Positions 26,348-39,219 of a stretch of 64,000 bases of DNA are shown here, piece after piece. How positions within the stretch are numbered: position 1 is the first letter of the stretch; every line of letters starts with the position of its first letter. The notes under the pieces were generated by a model. That model was not told where the DNA came from, did no database searches, and worked only from the letters and a program-made list of their open reading frames with translations. Source of the stretch: Lama glama (Eukaryota); NCBI GenBank assembly GCA_028534125.1, contig CM052816.1, positions 51,648,001 to 51,712,000 on the forward strand, read 5' to 3'. Made by a program: the position numbers and the translations under genes.

Positions 26348-26679
26348 CTGTAGCACACCTTTTAATAGATACATGCCACTTTTTTATTCTGTTGGCCTTT
26401 GATCTGAATAAAGAGCACTATTATTTATCTTTTTCTTCTACTAGGTTTTTCTTTTTCTCTGGAACGCATGGGAATAAAAGTTTCTCCAGCTTCTTGAAAA
26501 AGATAGTTTGTGCCTTAGGAGGGCATACATATACCCTACCCCAACCCCATCCCCACACACTTCAAATATTTATTGCTACTTACAGTATGCTAATCTTTGT
26601 AATTAAAGGTAATACTAGAAATAATTAACACAGAATTATGGGGTCTTTTAATTATTATTTCCCAAGAGACTTTTGAGAT

Positions 26680-26815
26680 CATCTAATTCTCTCATTTTAA
26701 GGTTGAGAAAACTAAAGCCCTGAAAGGTTTTTAGTTTAGGGTCTTCTACTAATTAGTGGTGGTGCAAAAACTAGAACCCAGGCCTTTGACTCCCAGTCAG
26801 ATATTTTTCCTACAC
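26680..26815 (-). mobile_element. MIR fragment
   Basis: 'ctcattttaaggttgagaaaactaaagccc...ctaattagtggt...actagaacccaggcctttgactcccagtc'. Confidence 0.7.
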
Positions 26816-27464
26816 ACATTATAAATAACTTTTTAAGCTCATTTTTCAAGGGGAAGCCTTTTCCATTTAAAATATTGATTCATCATCCGGACACCTTCAA
26901 GCAAATATTTTGATGCCCAAACTATTAAAAAAAAAAAAAGTTCTCCAAATATAAAGAGTAAACAGACTTTCATAGCTACGGGCTTTTTTGAAGATCCTGC
27001 TCTTCCCAGCTTGTCCGCACAGAGATTACTGCCAGGTCTGTCAGTAGACGTACTTTGTATTATTAATAGGTAATCTCTTAGATAAGCACTTTATCATAAA
27101 AGAATTTAAACTTGTTTCAATATCTTGAATTATATTTGAAAGCAAATTGACTTCTGAACACTGAAAAACAAATGTTAGTAGAATATTCTGTTGCTAATAT
27201 GAAAACTCTTCTGGGTTCTTTTGCTGTGTCTGTACCTCAGTAAGTAGGAAGTTGAGGACGTACATGGTTAACTAGATAAATTAGGAATCAATCTGAATAT
27301 TGAGAGCTTATGTTATAACAGCACTCATTTGATATTAAAGTGCTTTACCCATAATAATGTTTATATTTTAGGGAAAAGTAGGTTTTTATCTAAGCTAGAT
27401 TTGGGTGGTATTTTTTTTTTTTGCTTTAATTTTCTAACTATAGATCCAAAATATAAGTGGTTTT

Positions 27465-27501
27465 CTCTTTTCTTTCTTTTTTTTTTTTTTTTTTTTTTTT
27501 T
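27465..27501. repeat. Poly-T / TTTC tract
   Basis: T-rich run including more than 20 consecutive T. Confidence 0.9.
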
Positions 27502-27595
27502 GGCCAAAAAAATATTTGAACTTCTTGGAGGAGGGCATACAAGAGGAAATAAATTAAAAGAGAGACACTCTCTCTCTCCCAATCTTATTCTAGAG

Positions 27596-27675
27596 GGTCC
27601 TGCAGGTTCCCAGCCACCACATGCACAACCTTTCCCTCTCAATAATCCCTTCCCTTGATGAGGCCTCATGGTTGG
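27596..27675 (+). pseudogene. Decayed (pseudo)exon homologous to the SSBP3/SSBP4 'GPPGSQPSPH...MMGPHxQ' exon
   Basis: After a CT-rich tract and AG (27594-95) it reads GPAGSQPPHAQPFPLNNPFP*. A shifted frame from 27655 reads LMRPHGW, followed by atagga where a gtagga donor would be. It lies between the FFQ and PFMSPRY exons. Confidence 0.8.
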
Positions 27676-29615
27676 ATAGGAGACAATCCCATTAAAATAC
27701 ATTTATTCACAATGCCATTGATTAGAGAAAAAATTTCTCTTTTCAAATAGTCCATTTATATTAATACTATAACATTATTTTACATTCAGAGGAACATACA
27801 AATCTCAAATGCTCTATTTCAAATAAGGTACATTTCAGTGTTCATTGATATTTAGTAATGTTTTAATGTAACTTCTACCTTGTATTTTGAAGTGATCTTA
27901 TTATAAACAGGGATTATTAGTAACCTATTTTTATTTCTCCATGTTTCAAAAAGTAAATTGATACTGTACTTTGACATGACATTTAATTATCAAATTTTTT
28001 GGATGAGTCCAGAATTTAAAAGACAGTTTCATAAATGAAATTAGGTGATTGGGAAAATAGCAAAGGGGAGTTGTGAATATTGAGATAAACTTCTAGTTGA
28101 CAGTATAGTTAATTAATTAATCTAATTTAGAGTAGAGTTTCAGAAATGATCAAAGAGACAACTTTGATCAAATGTGTGAAAACTAAACATTTTTTAATGT
28201 TAAAACTGGAAAATCCACTTAGGTTTTATCAGCTAAAGGTGACAATTTTATCTGAATAACCTACTGTTTATGTCCATTTAAAGTAATCTCCTAGAAATAC
28301 ATTAACAGATAAGAACACAGTGAGCAAAAAGTCATGTTACTTAATTCTAAAGTTCTTAATTGTTTGTAAGACCCTCCAAAAGATATTACAGAAAAGTCTA
28401 TACTGCATCAATTTGTTAGGATTTTATTTTTCAGGTGCTTCTTTTAAAAGAAAATATGTGTAGTCATGAATTGCAGGCCTAATTTCTAAAATATTTCTAA
28501 AATTTCTAAATATTTGTAGAAAATGCATTATAAATGTGGAATTTAATTATGTAAAGTACTGTAGATTTGGCTTGCCTAAGCCTTTAGTAAGTTGATTCTT
28601 AATTTATATTAATTCATTCTTAATATTTTACTTAATATTTCAACCCTTTTGAATTGATAATTTGCTTATATTACATGTAATTAATATTACATGTAATTAT
28701 ATATAATTATATATATTATAATTAACCAAAACTATAAAAATGGAATATTGAATAATTTTAGGAATATACTTTTAAAACATTCATGCCCAAATCTGAATGA
28801 TCAGAAATACTCTCCTTCCACTCAACATTGGACAATCATTAAAATGATACCTTTAGGATATTTTTCAGACAGTTTTGGCACTAAGTCATCACATCTTAGC
28901 AGCCTCCAATTCATCCAACAAGATAAATTGACTTCAGTTTTAATATAAGTCCATTTTTTTCTGTTGTTAAAAGTACACACCTCATTGTCTGCTAGGCTCA
29001 AAATATGCAAAGAAATTTCAACTTTAAAATTTATAATCAGTTTTGAATTGTAGCAAACCCTTAAGGAAGGAAAGTCAAAGCTCTTCTAACCACAAATGAC
29101 CCATGGAAAAGAAATTTCTTTCCCTTAAACAGAACTATGAAAGAAAAGATGAAGAAATTTGGCAGCTTTAAAATTACTAAAGGAAAGCAATAACCAAATT
29201 GGATAATTCAATCAAAAATTTATATTCAAAATCTAAATTGTATAATGATGTAGCCAGTAATCCTCTTCATAAAGTCTTCCTGAGAGTCAATTGCCTGAAT
29301 TTCTTAATCTTACTTTTGCCAGTAAGATAGCATTATCTTAATAATACACATTTTAAAAAATATTTTCTACAGTTAACTTTAGTCATCTTTGATATTTTTA
29401 CATTTTCTTTGGAAAAATCTTCCAGGTATTCTACAGAATAAAAAATAGGATGGTAATTGTTCTTAAAAGCCTTTATTCTACTGAAAGAACCACATAAGAA
29501 AGTAAATTGATTTGTTTCATGTAATTCTAAAATTCTTTTAAGTAGTTTATTTTCAGATCTGTATTTTACATTGTATTTTGTTTGTTTGTTTGTTTCGTTT
29601 ATTTTACTTCAATAG

Positions 29616-29675
29616 CCTTTTATGTCACCTCGGTACCCTGGAGGTCCAAGGCCCCCACTGAGGATACCCAACCAG
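29616..29675 (+). CDS. SSBP2: SSBP2 exon 6 (60 nt, phase 0-0): PFMSPRYPGGPRPPLRIPNQ
   Basis: Acceptor ttttacttcaatag|CCT, donor CAG|gtaaga; translated by hand. Confidence 0.96.
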
Positions 29676-29832
29676 GTAAGATTTGTGTGTGCTACTTAAG
29701 TTTGGTGCTTTTTTTTTTCTTTTTAAGAATCAGTAAAGATCTTGAAAATGTCACAAATATTTCCTACCTATAAAAATGTTAAATTATCCTTCATCCCATT
29801 TAATGCTACTTCTAATGATATACAGTCTACTT

Positions 29833-30042
29833 CAAGAGTTGGCAAACTACAGCCCATAGTTTGGCTGAGTGTTTTTGCAAATAAAATTTTATTGGAACAC
29901 TGCCATACTCATTCATGTATTGCCTGTGGCTTCTTTTCCACTGCAATAGCAGGTTTGAGTGCTCATGATGGAGACCATATGTGGCCTGCAACCCTAAAAT
30001 ATTTACTGTCTGGACCTTTGTAGAAAAGTTTGCTGACCCTTA
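29833..30042. mobile_element. MER58A-like hAT-Charlie MITE, near full length
   Basis: 'caagagttggcaaactacagccc...aaataaaattttattggaacac...aaaatatttactgtctggacctttgtagaaaagtttgctgacccttag' with recognisable TIRs. Confidence 0.85.
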
Positions 30043-30437
30043 GAGTCTACCATATACTTTGAACCTAATTTTTGAAATATGTTTAATTTTGGTACATGCG
30101 GATTATACTCTAAAGGATGGCAATAAAATTTTCTATGAACATACTTCAGTTTATTTTTATATGACATACTTTCAGTAACAAGGCTGTAACATTCATATCA
30201 GTTTTGCCCAATTATAGTGGCCTATCAGGCATATAATTAGCTGCTTCTAGAAGGGTTAGATCTATTAATAGTTAATGATAGATCATGCAACTATTTTTAC
30301 CTACAAGAGCTCTGAGATTTCATAAACGTTTTCCTCAATAGTATATCGGTATCATAAATACTTATTTGCTAAAGAGAACAAAGCACAATTGTTACTTGCA
30401 AGTAGTTTATGGTTCAGTTTTAGGATACACTGTGCAA

Positions 30438-30520
30438 GTGTGTGTATACATATATACATGAGTGTATATGTACGTATGTATATGTATGTATTTATATATA
30501 TATACATATATATGTATACA
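30438..30520. repeat. Compound (TG/TA/TATG) low-complexity repeat
   Basis: gtgtgtgtatacatatatacatgagtgtatatgtacgtatgtatatgtatgtatttatatatatatacatatatatgtatac. Confidence 0.85.
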
Positions 30521-32728
30521 AAACACAAGAAGAAATTACATGCTTAACCATATGGAATATTTATATCAAGATAATTGTTTTGTCACTTTCCTTAATTCTG
30601 ATTTTTGTATACCTCATCATTTTCCCAGCTCCAAAGTAACCCTGTTACCACAGTAAATTCTTTTTCATTCTTTTTCTATTTCCGCTTCCTTCCTGACCAA
30701 AAACAGAACAAGAAAGCTGTGCTTTCTTTACAGCACATTGGATAGCAATGGAGTTCTAACTCTTGCTGAAATTACGCAGTGTCCCTGAAGTGTCCCAGTT
30801 CCTGGTCTTCTCTGCATCTAATGCACAGCAAGGAGGGCCAGCACTTACATTCACCCCCGGGGAGAACTTTAAGCTGGCAGCAGTGCAGGGAGTCCACACA
30901 TTAGCAGCTGGAGGAGTTACCTCCTTCACACTGAATCTACATTCAGTGCATAGGGCGAGGGGAACATGGCATGAAGTAGGAAAGGAAAGTGTTTCAACAT
31001 AAAGAAATTATATTTTCTCTGTGGGTGAACCTGTATATGGTGACAGTCAGATCTACTTATAGATGCCCGAGTTCTTTAAATTTCTTTTTTAAGGACAGAA
31101 AGTTGTATCTTTCACTGGAATCTTCATGGTGTCTCAGATATCCTATCCATAGCTTTGTATATTTCATAGATGTAAGAGGTTTGTAAAAATCTGAATTGGG
31201 GAAATGTGAATTTCTTGTTCAAGTATGTTATGTTTCTTAGACAAGTATATATATGTATATATTCCATATGAATAATGAAAATTGCATGGAATTATTGGAA
31301 TTGCATCCATCTGACATTGTCAAAATGCCTGCTATGTTTGTGATACTAAGCTATGTTCCATATCTAAAGAAACTGTTATAATGAAAAGATGTACTTTTAG
31401 GAAGAGGAGTAGGTTGGTGGTGGGGATGTGGAATTGTACATCTAGATTGTTTGAAATTTTTTTAAAGAACAAGTATATAATGCCCTTGGATTTTTAAAAA
31501 AGGCAATTAAAAAATTCAAAGTAATACAGAGTTATGACATAGGTTCTTTTTTCTCAAGAACTTTAAACAGTCTTTACCTAATTATATTTTGAAACAATTT
31601 TACTCTTCTGTGAGTGGCCTTTTTTGCTCCCCTCCCCATATACAGTTAAATCTCATTAATCCAAATATCTATCTTTCAAATTTTGTAACACAATAGCTTC
31701 TCTAGAATTTATAATTACTAATGATTAGACTATAGTTTTTAAGTTCTTCTGAGATGGTTTTCATGGTTCTGGATTAAATCCACAATGAGTTATATATAGG
31801 ACTGGGTATTTGGAACCTAGTATATCACTATGCCCAGAAAATGCAAGAAGGGATAATAGTACCTAAAATGATGAAAGGAAAGTAAAATTACAAAAATATG
31901 CAATATAGCAAAGAATAAATATCTATAAGAGAACATATGAAACACAGAAATCACACTGGAATTGGTTCAACTATCAGAATAGCTTGGTGGTGTTAAGCAT
32001 ACATGACCTGGAGGTGTTTATCCTTCTCACAGATAAAATGTTTAATCTGAAAAATTCACAACGTTCATCCAACACTATGCTAAGGAAACCAACACAGCCA
32101 GAAGCACAGAAACTGTCAATGAGTGACATCAAGAATAAACTAGTGTTTGATTGATCCTATAGAATTCTGAGAATTTATACTGTTTCTCATCATTCCTGAA
32201 ATTCTGTAAACAGGTGTGTGAATTGAAGTAACATAGGTAATAATGCTGTTGATCATTTTATATCCTAAAGCTGATTTTGACATTCTAAAAGCACACTACA
32301 TCTGACCATTCTACTGAAACTCTCAAAAATATTTGTTCAATAATAGACAGATGAGTGGTTCAATAAATTATATTATTTCCAAATGGTGGAATAGTATGCA
32401 GCTATTAAAAGGCATGTTGTAGAATTAAATTTGCTATGGTAAAATGTTTATGATCTATTATCAAATACAAAAAAGGCACAAAACATATCACCTTTGCTGT
32501 TATCACTGTACAAACTGAGTTCCTCCACTCAGCTCCTGACCCAACACACACATACACATGTCAACGCAAGGGCCGTGTCTGTATTTCTGTTTGGTAGGCT
32601 TATAAGTAATTTCTTTTTTTATTTCTATATTTTTTAAGTTTGCATTCAACAGGAACTTCATTTGTGTTTAGATAAAGATTATTAATTATGTACATAAAGA
32701 TATTTTATTCTTCTGGATATTCAATATA

Positions 32729-33228
32729 NNNNNNNNNNNNNNNNNNNNNNNNNNNNNNNNNNNNNNNNNNNNNNNNNNNNNNNNNNNNNNNNNNNNNNNN
32801 NNNNNNNNNNNNNNNNNNNNNNNNNNNNNNNNNNNNNNNNNNNNNNNNNNNNNNNNNNNNNNNNNNNNNNNNNNNNNNNNNNNNNNNNNNNNNNNNNNNN
32901 NNNNNNNNNNNNNNNNNNNNNNNNNNNNNNNNNNNNNNNNNNNNNNNNNNNNNNNNNNNNNNNNNNNNNNNNNNNNNNNNNNNNNNNNNNNNNNNNNNNN
33001 NNNNNNNNNNNNNNNNNNNNNNNNNNNNNNNNNNNNNNNNNNNNNNNNNNNNNNNNNNNNNNNNNNNNNNNNNNNNNNNNNNNNNNNNNNNNNNNNNNNN
33101 NNNNNNNNNNNNNNNNNNNNNNNNNNNNNNNNNNNNNNNNNNNNNNNNNNNNNNNNNNNNNNNNNNNNNNNNNNNNNNNNNNNNNNNNNNNNNNNNNNNN
33201 NNNNNNNNNNNNNNNNNNNNNNNNNNNN
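32729..33228. other. Assembly gap (500 N), probably containing SSBP2 exon 7
   Basis: Run of exactly 500 N; phase mismatch between flanking exons 6 and 8. Confidence 0.95.
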
Positions 33229-33354
33229 GACATCAGTGGTCCAGTCCCTTAGTAAATGACATGTAACACCAAGCAGAGAGGAGGCTGTAGCCTCTGGTTT
33301 AGCACTCGTGCTCATTGCATTGCTAATAACATCACACTTTTTTTCTGTCCTTAG

Positions 33355-33425
33355 GGCATCCAAATATGGGTGGGCCAATGCAGAGAATGACTCCTCCAAG
33401 AGGAATGGTGCCCTTAGGACCACAG
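33355..33425 (+). CDS. SSBP2: SSBP2 exon 8 (71 nt, phase 1-0): (G)[23 protein letters not shown]
   Basis: Acceptor tttttttctgtccttag|GG, donor CAG|gtaaat. Confidence 0.95.
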
Positions 33426-34407
33426 GTAAATAAGCAGTGCAGGAAGCTAGAGGCTGAGTTTTTTGCCTTCATCTTATGCAAACAAACTATATTATGCTGG
33501 CTTCTATTATATACATTAAAGGCTTAATATAACATGATTGTTAGGCTCTTGAGGACATATTGTCTATGATATGTCCAAATTGATGTAACAACAGATCGTA
33601 TTTTAACAGGTGCTATCACATATGCTTTTGGTACACTGGAGAAAATACATTGTGTAGAAATACATTACAGTAATTATTATAAAAAAGATAAATATTACCA
33701 TTTTGTTATATTGAGGAAATATGAAAAATTGTAGCAATTATTATAGAAGATAACTGTGTAAGATAAATAAAACCCAGTTGACTGAAATAGTAAATAAAAT
33801 AAACTGCATAAAATATATTTCTGTCAGTCTTTTAAAGAGTGCCATTGACAATTTTGTATATACTATCATATTTCTTTACAGAATATGGAAAAAGTAGAGA
33901 ACCATTTAGAAAAAAAACATTGAAATGGGTGTTACTGAACAAGCATAATACTATCAGTATACATCAGATCTTAGCCTCCTTCTGTATCAAAATTTCACAA
34001 CTTTACACCAAGTTTGAACCTATTCAAGCTATTGGTAACATTTTTTATAGAATACTGTTACTTATTTTAGCTGAAGCATTCTTTTATCACTCTTGGGAAA
34101 ACTTCATGGGGTAGAAATTAATTTTATTTTCATTTCAAAGAAACGAATCCAGAATTCAGAATTTTAAATTTCTTCCTCATAGGTCAGAGATTAGTGTACC
34201 ATAACACTAGTTAAAAGAGTGAATTAATTTATTTTCTTAATTCTTTCCAAGAACAGTTTTTTCAGTGGCAGTTTTAGGAGCTTTTTTCATTTATCTACTT
34301 TTAAAAAATTATATTAATATTTTGTTGTGTGCCCAAAGGAGTCAGAGAAGTAAGAATCTGTCACCCAGGGAAGTGTGACTTAGACCTAGGAGTTTCTAAC
34401 TAACACA

Positions 34408-35097
34408 CAGTTGACCCTTGAATAGTACGGGAGTTAGGGACACCAAACCCCTGCACAGTCAAAAATCCATGTATAACTTTTGACTCTCCTCAAATTTTTG
34501 AGTTTATATGAATAAAGGTACAATGATTGACACATCGATAACAAAGAAGCAGCAGTATTACGGTTTTACGGTAGCCTAGTTTAATCATCAGTACGACCAC
34601 TTCACAGTAGCCTAGCCTACACACTAATGAATGAATCATCGTAACAGCTTTATGGCATACAGTATTACAGTCATATTTACAATGCCATATTGGAAACAGT
34701 TACAGTTTTTAAAAACCACTTATATGCCACGATAGGCTGATACACAGTTTCTCCAATTACCAGAGAGAGAGAGGTACACACTGTATGGTAATGCAGTTCT
34801 TTAAAAGCAAAGTTATAAAACAGTAAGAAAACTAACACATTATTAATTTCATATTGAGTATCACTCACCTTATGCCTATGTAAGTGAAGACTTATATCTC
34901 CATATATTTTATGCATTCATGACATACCTAACTTTTTCTTTTTTTTTCCACTATTTATTTCTAGACTGCGTGGTTCATCTGCGAGTTTTTTCACATTTTC
35001 ACAAGTCACCAAAAATTTTTCCAATACATTTATTGAAAAAAATCCACATATAAATGGACCAGCATAATTCAAACCCATGTAGTTCAAGGTTCAACTG
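34408..35097 (-). mobile_element. Tigger2-family (TcMar) non-autonomous element with both TIRs
   Basis: Left end cagttgacccttgaa, right end ttcaaggttcaactg followed by TA. The reverse complement of the right end resembles the recalled Tigger2 start. Confidence 0.85.
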
Positions 35098-37624
35098 TAT
35101 ATATTAGAACACGAAGCACAAATTTACAAGAGATATGTTACATGAAAAAAACTATTATATAAATATATGTGACATCCTCAAAGTCAGAAAGAGGAACATT
35201 TCTTTTATTTAGTCTCAGTTATTTCCTGTGTATTTTCTTACTATCTTATAAAAATCTGATTTAGATATTTAGATTATTTTTCCCTGTTTTTTCTCATGTT
35301 AGAGATGATTTATGTGACCATCATTAAGCTATTAATGGCTATTATAATTTATAAGATCTATGGGATATTTCACTGACTTAATATACTTTTAGTCTTTAAC
35401 GAACTAAGGTGACCAGTTTGGCTATACAGAACCTGAAGGATTTTTTTCCCAAAAGGTTTTCATAACAGATACATTTTAAATACACATTAGAAGCTTGAAG
35501 CCTATACTTTATTCTTCATTCGGTTCACTTATTTCTCAGCTAGCAGCTCTTTGAGCTTTTGTCATCCCAGACCAGTATTTTCAATACTTTTAAAAACTAG
35601 AGTCTGATTTGAGTAAGTTTTGCAGTGTTTCTGAGATATACTAATGCTTACCTAAGCTATATGAAAAATTAGATCTCATTTGAAAATTCAGAAATAAGAA
35701 GCATACTGGTCTTTATGTTTTATAAATATCTAGCCAAACATTTATGTGTTTTTGTGTTATAAGTAAATTACAACAGAAAGTAAGAAAATATTTCCAGTGA
35801 GATTATGAGTAATCTCTTACTGAAGAGTTTTACTAAGTTTATCATATAAGTATGAATTCCTTCTTTGCATTTTCAAACCCAAAGAAAGTAGTTGATTTCT
35901 TCCATTGGATTAATATCCTTACTATCTGTTCTTTATAATCAGAGGGAAGTAAAGTGCTTTGGTACGAATTTACCTCAGAAACTAGAAATACCTACAACAA
36001 CTTTTTAAAAATCACAACATACAAAGTATTAAAGGGTAAAGGAAATTATTTATAGGTATCATGTACTTAAAGCAGGAATCATACTCATATGAATGATGCA
36101 AAGGAGAAAAAGTGAAGAAAAAACATTTGAATTAGGGGATTCTTGAGATACTTACTCAAAACACCTAGTATATAGACATATGGATTATAAGCTGTGAGCT
36201 TTGTAATGAAGTTAGCCATGTTTCTTGAAACACAATAGAAGAACAACTCGCATAACAGATGTTTCATCGTACTGATGCTACCCAAGAATGGAATGCATTT
36301 GCTTTTTTGTAGCTGAATTATAGAAACAGCCTCTGGAGTATTGTTTCTAGCTATATGCACAAACAAAATACACATCTCCTTTGTATCATAGATATTATTT
36401 CCACAATTTTTTAAGCTTAAGACCAATGTGGTGAAGAGGGACAGTAGTCATCTATTGGAATAACTAAACTCCTAGAAGAAATATATATAATCTAACGATT
36501 CTTAGATAATGCTGATGTAGGCAATGTGCACAGCTAGAACGTAATGAACATGTGATTAAAACTTACTGCCTGGGTGAAGAAATAAACTTGGCTCCAAATC
36601 CTGCCATATGTTCCCACCTCTTAATCTATTTTAAATCTAACTTCAGTGATAATATATGATGTTTAAATTGATATCAATATCCTTTCAATAGAAAGCAAAA
36701 TTATCTATTTAGTCAAGAAGATACCATATTTCAAGTCATTTTTCTCCTTGGCTTTTGTAGTAAGATATACTTAGTTTGTGTGTTCTTAGACTCCACCTGT
36801 ACCATATGATTAATAGAAAAATTCACCAAGACTATTCAACCAGTTCTAGTTCCTCTAGAAATCTGAAGAACAAATGAGTGCTATACAAGTAGGAACATAC
36901 CATTCCCAAATTAAGTAACTGGGGTGGAGGAATGGTGAGATGGAAATATAGGACAGGCTCTCATGTAAAGAAAGAGTAAGCCATTCTGTATTTTGAAATC
37001 TAGGATGAGAAGGGAATTTAGCTCAGCATAGGGAAGAACTATCTAGAAGTTAAACTGCCCAATCATGGAAAAACTCTTTATAAACTTTCCAGGCAGGGTC
37101 TGAACAGCCCTTTTGTCAGGATGTTGCGTTGGGAGGAAGATTAAACTGCACAGCTGTATAGCTGCCATCAGCTTTAAAATTCAGTGATTCTGAATTAGCT
37201 CTTCCTGCTCTGCCTTTGTTACCAGTTAGAAAGCCAGTTGCTCTTCTTTCTTATCTTCCTGTTTTCTGTTTGCTTCAGATTATTCACAACATGAAAATAT
37301 TTTGTAAGTCTGTCAAATTATTGGATAATTTCTTACTCATTTCCTCTGACACTTGTGCACTGTGATACTTGAACACTGGCTATACAATGAGTGAAACAGA
37401 CTCTACCTTCAAGATAAGCAGGAGATGCAGATAAATAAAGAAAAACTACTAGGCAGCAGGAAAAAATCTAGCAAAGAAATATGCATAATCTGTCGGGGAG
37501 TCACTACATAAACCAGCATGTAATTCTGTTGGGGTTGAGGCCTCAAAGGAAGATGAAGACTCATTTAAGTTAGTCCCTTATTAACAGTGATAAGGGTCAG
37601 CCATTACAAGGTTGGAACATCAGG

Positions 37625-37860
37625 TATCATGCTTTTAATGCACCAAGCACTCTGAGAGGTGTTTTATATGATTTCATTTTTCTTCCAACAAGCTTATGAG
37701 AGATGATACTATCACTTCACAGTTAAGGAAATTAAGGTTGAGTGGATCATTGGGAGAATCACTGGCCCACCATCACACATATAGGAAGAGGGGCAGAGGA
37801 AATGGGGCAGGGGCAAAAGAGATTCAAACCACTATCTTTCTATGTCCAGAGCTATAAGGA
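37625..37860 (-). mobile_element. MIR SINE
   Basis: 'caccaagcactctgag...ttttatatga...cacttcacagttaaggaaattaaggtt...gattcaaacc'. Confidence 0.65.
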
Positions 37861-38329
37861 AAACTAGAGTTTTCCTTGATAAAACAAAATACAGATCTTC
37901 TAAGATCAAAAATGAGAGGCAGTTTTTTTGTGTGTATGAAGAATTTCTATTATACTGTACCATTCAGGTTTTGTTCCCAGTGACTATCTTCTCAGAACTC
38001 CTTGCTAATACCTTGCTGCTACCACCATGCTTGATCCAGAGGTTAAGGGAATTAGCTATCTTTTTAACCAATGACTCAAGTGTGGATAGACACTATTCTA
38101 CTCTCCCATAGCACACAGAATTGAGATGTTTAAGTAATATTTCCTAAAAGTAAAAAATAATGAGATGAGCATGTAATTAGGTAATTTATTTATTTATAAA
38201 CTGTGGCTTACCCTCTGGAGTTAACTGACCTTTTCTCAATGAGTATTTCCGTATCATCTTAGTACCTACTACACAGAGGGCCATGGCAGCTGAGTTAACA
38301 TGAGTGAAAAGTGTATTGCATGTTTCTGA

Positions 38330-39145
38330 ATCATAAGAAATCCAGTAGTCTGGAGCTTGCAGTTGGGAGAAGGGAAGAAGGTGAATATTATAGAAAATGA
38401 GGGCAGGATAGTCAGGCTAGGGCTGATCTGTGGGTAACATCATGGAGCCAGGCTGAAGCATAGGCTTTCTTTGCTAAGCAGCGTGGGTCATCATGGCTTT
38501 TAAGTGACATAAGTAGGACTGAATTTTAAAACCGAAGTTGTGGAGGCAGTATGGAGACTAGATTGAGAGGGGGAGAGGCTTAGAGAGACCAATTAAGAGC
38601 ACAGTAGTCTCAGTAAGGGTGATATGAAGGAGAGCAGTATTTCAAGAGCTATTTCACAGGTAGAATCAATAGACTTTGGTAACTGATTGGATATGGAAAT
38701 TGAAATAAAAGAAGCATCAAGGAGCTCCTAGAGGTACTTAGCCTGGACTGTGGCTGAGAAGGTGATTCCATAGAACTGACTGAGAAAGGCAATAGGAAGA
38801 ACACAGCCATGAACAGATAAGACTGACTTTACTTCTAGATACATTGAGGGTGAAATGGTATTCAAAGAGAAACAACCCATATGCAGTTCAGTTATCTGAG
38901 AGCTGGGTGGAGACATTATGACAAAATATGAAAGAATTCCTAACATATGAATAGTTGTTGAACCAATGGTAGCCATGAAGGTTACCCATAAATACATATT
39001 TATTTAGAAGACTACTGTGGCTAGCACTTGGAGAAAAGCAACATTTAAAGAGTTAGCAAAAAAGGAGACAGCAAAGGAAACTGAAGAAGAAAAGCTGGAA
39101 TAGTGGTGTCAGAAAGCCAAATATGAAAAGTAGTTGATACTGTCA
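38330..39145 (-). mobile_element. LINE-2 fragment (antisense)
   Basis: Purine-rich L2-like body ('aggtagaatcaatagactttggtaactgattggatatgg', 'gcaacatttaaag', 'tagtggtgtcagaaagccaa'). Confidence 0.7.
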
Positions 39146-39219
39146 AAATATATTAACATGACAATGTTAAAATTAATCTTTTAAATATATTAACATGATA
39201 ATGTTAAAATTAATATTTT
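39146..39219. repeat. 37-bp tandem duplication
   Basis: aaatatattaacatgacaatgttaaaattaatctttt followed by aaatatattaacatgataatgttaaaattaatatttt. Confidence 0.9.
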
